Positions 59,661-64,000 of a stretch of DNA of 64,000 nucleotides are shown one piece after another. The stretch comes from Candidatus Eiseniibacteriota bacterium (lineage in GTDB: Bacteria > Eisenbacteria > RBG-16-71-46), in NCBI GenBank assembly GCA_035712145.1, contig DASTBI010000115.1, positions 3,827 to 67,826 on the forward strand, read 5' to 3'. The first letter of the stretch is position 1. Every line of letters starts with the position of its first letter. A program made the position numbers and the translations under genes. A model generated the notes under the pieces. That model ran no database searches. It was not told where the DNA came from and worked only from the letters and a program-made list of their open reading frames with translations.

Positions 59661-62207
59661 GTGGAGGCATTCGGGCTAAAGGGCCAGTGCCTCCGCGCCT
59701 CGGTGATCTTCCTCGTCCTGGGACTGGCCTGGTCGCCGGCGGCTTTCTCGCGCGACGCCGAGATCGACCAGCAGGTCCGGACGCTCAAGGCCATCCAGCA
59801 GGAGATGACCCTCGGCGGCGCCGGGCGAAAGATCGAAGCGATGCGCGCGCTGGCGAGCCAGCGGCGCGCCCGGAAGCTCAAAGGTCAGCGCAGCCGTCCT
59901 CCTCGTGACCATCAGGAGGCCCTCGGCGCCCAGGGCACGTACGGTCCTGCGGTGGGCCTGCGCTCTCGAACCGCGGAGCAGCCGGCGAATCGATTGATCA
60001 CCACGTCGGCGCAGCCCTTCACCACGCAATCCGAGGTTTCGGTGGCGGGAACGCGGGCCGCCATGGTGGCGGCGTGGAACGACGCGGGGTCCCATCAGAA
60101 CCAGTTCAATGCCATCAGCTTCGCCACCTCCACGGATGGCGGACAGGTGTGGCGCGAGGGCGGGCCGTTACCGGTGGGCGGCCAGGTGCTGGTGTGGGTC
60201 TCCGACCCCGTGGTGGCGGTGGACGCGCGACGAGGCGATTTCTACGTCGCGGGGCTGGTGATCGCGACGGGCGCCTCCAGCGGCGTGGCCGTGGCGCGTG
60301 GACGCTTCGGTGAGAGCGGTTTTCAGTGGGAGGCGCCACGGGTGGCCCGGGCCGTCCGGGACTCGTTCCCTGACAAGCCGTGGATGGTGGCGGACTCGCT
60401 CACCGGAAACCTCTATCTCAGCTACACCACCTTCTACCGTCGCGACGGAAAGTCCACCGACCGGATCGAGTTCCAGCGCTCCGAGGATGGAGGACTGACC
60501 TGGAGCTCCGTGGCGAGGCTCTCGCCGGAAAGCGAGGAAGGCCTGGTCCAGGGATCGCGCCCGGCGGTGGGTCCCTTGGGCGAGCTGCACGTGGTGTGGA
60601 AGACGATCGACACCACCGCCGCCGCCGGAGGCGAGGACGCCATGCGGATCCGCAGCTCCTGGGACGGCGGGCGCACGTTTTCGGAGACCGCCACGGTCGC
60701 GCGGCTCTACACGAACTTCTGCAGCGGTCCGCCGGGGTTCGACCGCGGGTTCGGCCTGGGATTCCCGTCGATCGCCGTCGATCGCAGCGCCGGACCGCAT
60801 CGCGGTCGAATCCACGTCGGTTGGGAAGAATCCCTCAATTTCTACGACGACCGCCTGGCCGCGGCCGGCGGGGTGCAGGAAGAAGCCGAGCCCAACAACC
60901 GGCACCGCGACGCCACGCCGTTCACCGTCGGCGACGTGCTGCGCGGCACGATCAGTCCGGCGCATGACGTCGACTGGTTCCGCTTCCACGGCGAGGCGGG
61001 ACGCACCGTGGTGCTCTACGTCGACTCGCTGGATGCACATCTCGACGTGGCGCTCCGGCTGTGGTGCGGGGACGGAAGCACCCGGCTCGCGTACAGCACG
61101 TCGCTCAACGTCCGCCAGCGGATCGTGCTCTTCACGGTGACGACTCCGGGCGATTATTACGTCTCGATCGCGCCGCACGATGATTCGACCGGCGTCTATC
61201 GCCTGGCGTCGGGATGGGCCGAGCGCGGCTCCGAGCGCGGGCGAGACCAGCGCGACATCTTCGTCGCCCACTCGGACGATGGAATCACGTGGAGCACGCC
61301 CGCGCTCGCGGGAGACGCGCCGGCGGGATTCGACGACTGGCTTCCGGAACTGGCGGTAGGCACCAACGGAACGCCTTACGTGGCGTGGTACGACTTCCGG
61401 GAGGGCGATCCCTCCGGTTGCGGCGCCGCCTCGCACATCCGCCTGTCGCGCTCCGACGACGGTGGCGACCACTGGGTCCCGGTCGGACTCGTCACCGACT
61501 ACCCCACGCTGTGGTCTGGAGTCTTCAGCAATCAGTCGCCCAACATGGGGGACTACATCGGCCTGCTCGCCGGCCAGGATGGCATCGTGCCGGCGTGGGC
61601 GGATGGCCGGGACGCGAATCCCGATGTGTACGCCGCCTTCTGGCCGACGGCTGAAGCGGCGCGCGACATCGCGCCTCTGGCCAGCGAGCCTTCATCGGGC
61701 GGCGTGGTCCTGCGCTGGCAGGCGCCGCCGATTCCCGTGACCGGCACGGTGTGGCGACGCGTGTCGGGTGGAAGCGCTCGGGCGCTGGCCGATATCGACC
61801 CTGATCCCCAGGGTGTGATGAGCTATCTCGACGTCGACCTCGATCCCGGATTTCGCTACCACTACGAGCTCGCGGTGCGCTCCAGCGAAGGCGAGGTCCG
61901 CGTCGGCCAGCAGTCGATCGATGCGCCGGGCGCTTCGGCGGCGGCGCTCGCCCTCGAGCGTGTGGCGCCGAACCCGAGCCATGGCGTGTTCCGGATCGCG
62001 TTCAGTCGTCCGCATCTTGCGCCCGCTCGGCTCGACGTGCTCGACGTAGGCGGCCGCCGCGTGATGGGCGTGGATCTCGGCGAGGAGTATGGCACTCGCG
62101 GCGTCCTCGACCTGGGACGACAGACGCGGCTCGATCCTGGTCTCTACCTGGTGCGGTTCGTCCAGGCCGGAGAGTCGGTCAGCGTGAAGGCTGTCGTGGT
62201 CCGGTAG
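59661..62207 (+). CDS. BNR/sialidase-like repeat secreted protein with T9SS C-terminal sorting domain
   Basis: A GTG at 59661 gives a signal peptide. BNR-type S-x-D-x-G-x-T-W motifs (STDGGQVW, SEDGGLTWS, SWDGGRTF, SDDGITWS, SDDGGDHW). C-terminal tail ...LDPGLYLVRFVQAGESVSVKAVVVR. Confidence 0.7.
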   Translation: MEAFGLKGQCLRASVIFLVLGLAWSPAAFSRDAEIDQQVRTLKAIQQEMTLGGAGRKIEAMRALASQRRARKLKGQRSRPPRDHQEALGAQGTYGPAVGLRSRTAEQPANRLITTSAQPFTTQSEVSVAGTRAAMVAAWNDAGSHQNQFNAISFATSTDGGQVWREGGPLPVGGQVLVWVSDPVVAVDARRGDFYVAGLVIATGASSGVAVARGRFGESGFQWEAPRVARAVRDSFPDKPWMVADSLTGNLYLSYTTFYRRDGKSTDRIEFQRSEDGGLTWSSVARLSPESEEGLVQGSRPAVGPLGELHVVWKTIDTTAAAGGEDAMRIRSSWDGGRTFSETATVARLYTNFCSGPPGFDRGFGLGFPSIAVDRSAGPHRGRIHVGWEESLNFYDDRLAAAGGVQEEAEPNNRHRDATPFTVGDVLRGTISPAHDVDWFRFHGEAGRTVVLYVDSLDAHLDVALRLWCGDGSTRLAYSTSLNVRQRIVLFTVTTPGDYYVSIAPHDDSTGVYRLASGWAERGSERGRDQRDIFVAHSDDGITWSTPALAGDAPAGFDDWLPELAVGTNGTPYVAWYDFREGDPSGCGAASHIRLSRSDDGGDHWVPVGLVTDYPTLWSGVFSNQSPNMGDYIGLLAGQDGIVPAWADGRDANPDVYAAFWPTAEAARDIAPLASEPSSGGVVLRWQAPPIPVTGTVWRRVSGGSARALADIDPDPQGVMSYLDVDLDPGFRYHYELAVRSSEGEVRVGQQSIDAPGASAAALALERVAPNPSHGVFRIAFSRPHLAPARLDVLDVGGRRVMGVDLGEEYGTRGVLDLGRQTRLDPGLYLVRFVQAGESVSVKAVVVR

Positions 62208-62213
62208 CTGCGA

Positions 62214-62371
62214 GAGCGACACCCCCGCGGCCAGCCGCAGGCATGTCGAAGGGACCCACAGACGCCGTAGCCATGGATGGTGGAGGCGTCGAGGACCGAG
62301 CGAGGCGGAGCAGGATGCGGAGCCGACGCGTGCCCGAGACATGCCTGCGGCTGGCCGCGGGGGTGTCGCTC
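62214..62371. repeat. perfect 34-bp inverted repeat (gagcgacacccccgcggccagccgcaggcatgtc / revcomp) separated by a 90-nt spacer, in a convergent intergenic region
   Basis: Arms at 62214..62247 and 62338..62371 are exact reverse complements. This explains the mirrored peptides TCLRLAAGVSL in track ORFs on both strands. The total 158 bp is in the MITE / long-terminator size range. Confidence 0.8.
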
Positions 62372-62383
62372 GGGTGCGCTAGA

Positions 62384-63625
62384 TTAGCGCCCTGGATCGA
62401 CGGCGACGCCGAGCGGCTGCGCGAAGGCCGAGAGGCGGCTCATGATGGTTCCCGTGCTCGAGATGCGCACGACCTGTCCTTCCTCCTCCAGGACCGCCCA
62501 CACCTGGCCGGTGCCCTGATCGACCGCCACGTCGCTCACCGAGTTGAGGCCCGAGACGCGGAACTGGACGGTGCCGCTGCGATCCAGCGCCACCAGCTGA
62601 TCCGCGATGGCATCGGCGACCCAGATGCGTCCACGATGCGCGTCGACCGCGACTCCGACCGGACCCTGGAAACCCTGGAGGGTGGCCTCGATGAACGTGA
62701 AGGAGGGAGGCACTCGAGTGACCGTGCGTGACTGAAACGAAGTCACCCACGCCCGCCTCGTGACGCTGTCGATCGCGACCCGGCTGGGCCGGTTCACCGT
62801 GATCTCCGCGAGCGGACTGTGATCCGGAGCGTAGCGGCGCAGCCGGTTGCCGTCGCGCTCGCACACCACCACCGAGCGGTCGAAGACGTCGACGGCCACT
62901 CCGATCGGGAACTGGAGCGGCTCGATCGCGCCGCCGATCGGCCGGCCGAAGGGATCGAACGACCACAGCCTGCCCGGCTCGTCGCACACCCATGCCATCC
63001 CCTGGAGCGGGTCGACCGTGAGAGTCGAGGGATAACCCAGGCCGGGAACGTTGATCGTGACGCCGGTCGCGGGATTCAGGATCGCGACGCGGCCGGCGAG
63101 TCGATCGGATACCCAGACGAAGCCGGTGACCGAATCGACGGCCACCGCGACCGGACCGCTGAAGCCGCCAAACGTTCTGACCACGCGGCGGCCATCGGGC
63201 GTGATGCGGTAGAGCGCTTGACGTTTGTTATCCACGACCCAGCCGCGCGCGCGGCCGGGTGTCGCCACGTCGGACGCGGGAGGCTGGCGGTCCACGCCCT
63301 CCTCGTTCACCAGGTAGAGACGATACCGATGCTCGAGACCGTTCAGCGTGCCGAGGTCCGCGTAGCCCGCCGACGCGGGCGGCAGGAGCCCGCTGATCAG
63401 TTGATAAGGGTTCGATCCCGTCTGACGGTAGAGGTGGAAACCCAGGATCCCGCTCGTGCCGGTGACCGGGGACCAGCTCAGATCGACGCGACCGTCGCCG
63501 GCGATGGCCATGAAGCCGGCGGGACCTCCGCCGGTGTTCGGATTGTCGGGATCGAGTGGATTCGTGTGCTCGCGCTGGCTGCACCCGGCCAGCAGCAGCG
63601 CTAGAAGGAGTAGGCGAGAGCGCAT
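62384..63625 (-). CDS. beta-propeller (NHL/YVTN-like) lipoprotein
   Basis: MRSRLLLLALLLAGC lipobox. Repeated blade motifs (GPVAVAVD, FPIGVAVD, GPVGVAVD, QPLGVAVD) every ~45 aa. Confidence 0.65.
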   Translation of the reverse strand: MRSRLLLLALLLAGCSQREHTNPLDPDNPNTGGGPAGFMAIAGDGRVDLSWSPVTGTSGILGFHLYRQTGSNPYQLISGLLPPASAGYADLGTLNGLEHRYRLYLVNEEGVDRQPPASDVATPGRARGWVVDNKRQALYRITPDGRRVVRTFGGFSGPVAVAVDSVTGFVWVSDRLAGRVAILNPATGVTINVPGLGYPSTLTVDPLQGMAWVCDEPGRLWSFDPFGRPIGGAIEPLQFPIGVAVDVFDRSVVVCERDGNRLRRYAPDHSPLAEITVNRPSRVAIDSVTRRAWVTSFQSRTVTRVPPSFTFIEATLQGFQGPVGVAVDAHRGRIWVADAIADQLVALDRSGTVQFRVSGLNSVSDVAVDQGTGQVWAVLEEEGQVVRISSTGTIMSRLSAFAQPLGVAVDPGR

Positions 63626-63915
63626 CGGTCGGGGCCGAGCAACAGGGAGACCCGTGCCGTCGGCTGCGGTCTCAGGAAACGCAGATAGAGTCCGCCGACG
63701 ATCAGCAGCTCACCCGTGATCAGGCTGGCGCTCGAGACACGATCGTAGAGCACGGTCCGGTCGTAGAGCTCGGTGATCTGCTCTGGATCGGTCGCCACCA
63801 GGTACTCATCGTACGTGCTGTTGGCGCGGTCGCGGAGCACGAAGGACGTGGCCACCAGGCCGACGCCCGAGGCCAGCGCCAGGTAGGCGCCGAAGTGGCT
63901 CTGCTTCTTGGGCAT
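63601..63915 (-). CDS. hypothetical small protein
   Basis: 104-aa ORF with one hydrophobic helix. Its start overlaps the downstream lipoprotein gene. No recognisable domain. Confidence 0.3.
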   Translation of the reverse strand: MPKKQSHFGAYLALASGVGLVATSFVLRDRANSTYDEYLVATDPEQITELYDRTVLYDRVSSASLITGELLIVGGLYLRFLRPQPTARVSLLLGPDRCALAYSF

Positions 63916-64000
63916 CTGAACGGCGACGACTGGAAACGGAGAGGCCGCCTGCGCCCATGCGCAGGCGGCCTCGAGCGGTTGGGCCAGAAGGCCGATCGCG

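Noticed and set aside
61692-62731. ORFs 61692..62342(-) and 62243..62731(+) sharing the peptide TCLRLAAGVSL
   Set aside because: The shared peptide is an artefact of the 34-bp inverted repeat being read on both strands, and the rest of both ORFs is low-complexity.
63930-63960. Perfect 14-bp palindrome gaggccgcctgcgc-ccat-gcgcaggcggcctc near the window end
   Set aside because: It lacks a U-tract on either strand and sits upstream of a weakly supported small ORF. It may be a protein-binding palindrome or the terminator of an off-window gene, and cannot be interpreted from this window alone.

Overview
This is a high-GC (about 68-70%) bacterial chromosomal segment that is densely coding and mostly housekeeping. 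Several secreted proteins carry type IX secretion (T9SS) C-terminal sorting domains and a PorV-like outer-membrane protein is present, which suggests a Gemmatimonadota/FCB-group-like, T9SS-bearing lineage. Recognisable genes, in window order:
- a partial S9-family peptidase;
- a small lmo0937-family membrane protein whose stop overlaps the start of a lipoprotein (ATGA);
- an FN3/T9SS-tail secreted protein;
- a three-gene operon of a periplasmic binding-like protein, an NtrY-like histidine kinase and a sigma54-dependent NtrX/NtrC-like regulator;
- an NHL-repeat protein with a T9SS tail;
- a TlpA-like thioredoxin-fold gene lacking both Cys, apparently co-transcribed with cstA (4-nt overlap);
- two tandem paralogous lipoproteins, each followed by an identical 55-nt copy of the pilB 3' end;
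- a PilB/GspE ATPase with an extra C-terminal zinc-ribbon tail;
- a GAF-GAF-PP2C phosphatase;
- a Bcp/PrxQ peroxiredoxin whose peroxidatic Cys codon is an in-frame UGA followed by a SECIS-like hairpin (candidate selenoprotein);
- an M50 protease;
- trpS-scpA-scpB-rluB, with rluB carrying a long Arg-rich tandem-repeat tail;
- a PorV-like protein plus a 980-aa T9SS cargo;
- tandem glgC paralogs;
- mltD with LysM domains;
- a PEGA-domain protein;
- comEC;
- purN-HAD-purC-purH-guaA;
- a polyprenol-kinase-like membrane protein;
- a TPR protein;
- cspA;
- secA-smg-topA-xerC-lipoprotein-dapF-dapA-dapB, mostly linked by overlapping stop/start codons;
- a large HExxH/PD40/beta-barrel outer-membrane protein;
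- a BNR-repeat T9SS protein;
- a beta-propeller lipoprotein.
No rRNA, tRNA, CRISPR array or clear mobile element was recognised. The most notable non-genic structure is a perfect 34-bp inverted repeat with a 90-nt spacer at 62214-62371. Many long ORFs in the supplied track are antisense shadows (Arg/Gly/Pro-rich) and are not reported. All calls rest on motif recognition by eye, with no database searches run. Coordinates of small motifs may be off by 1-2 nt.
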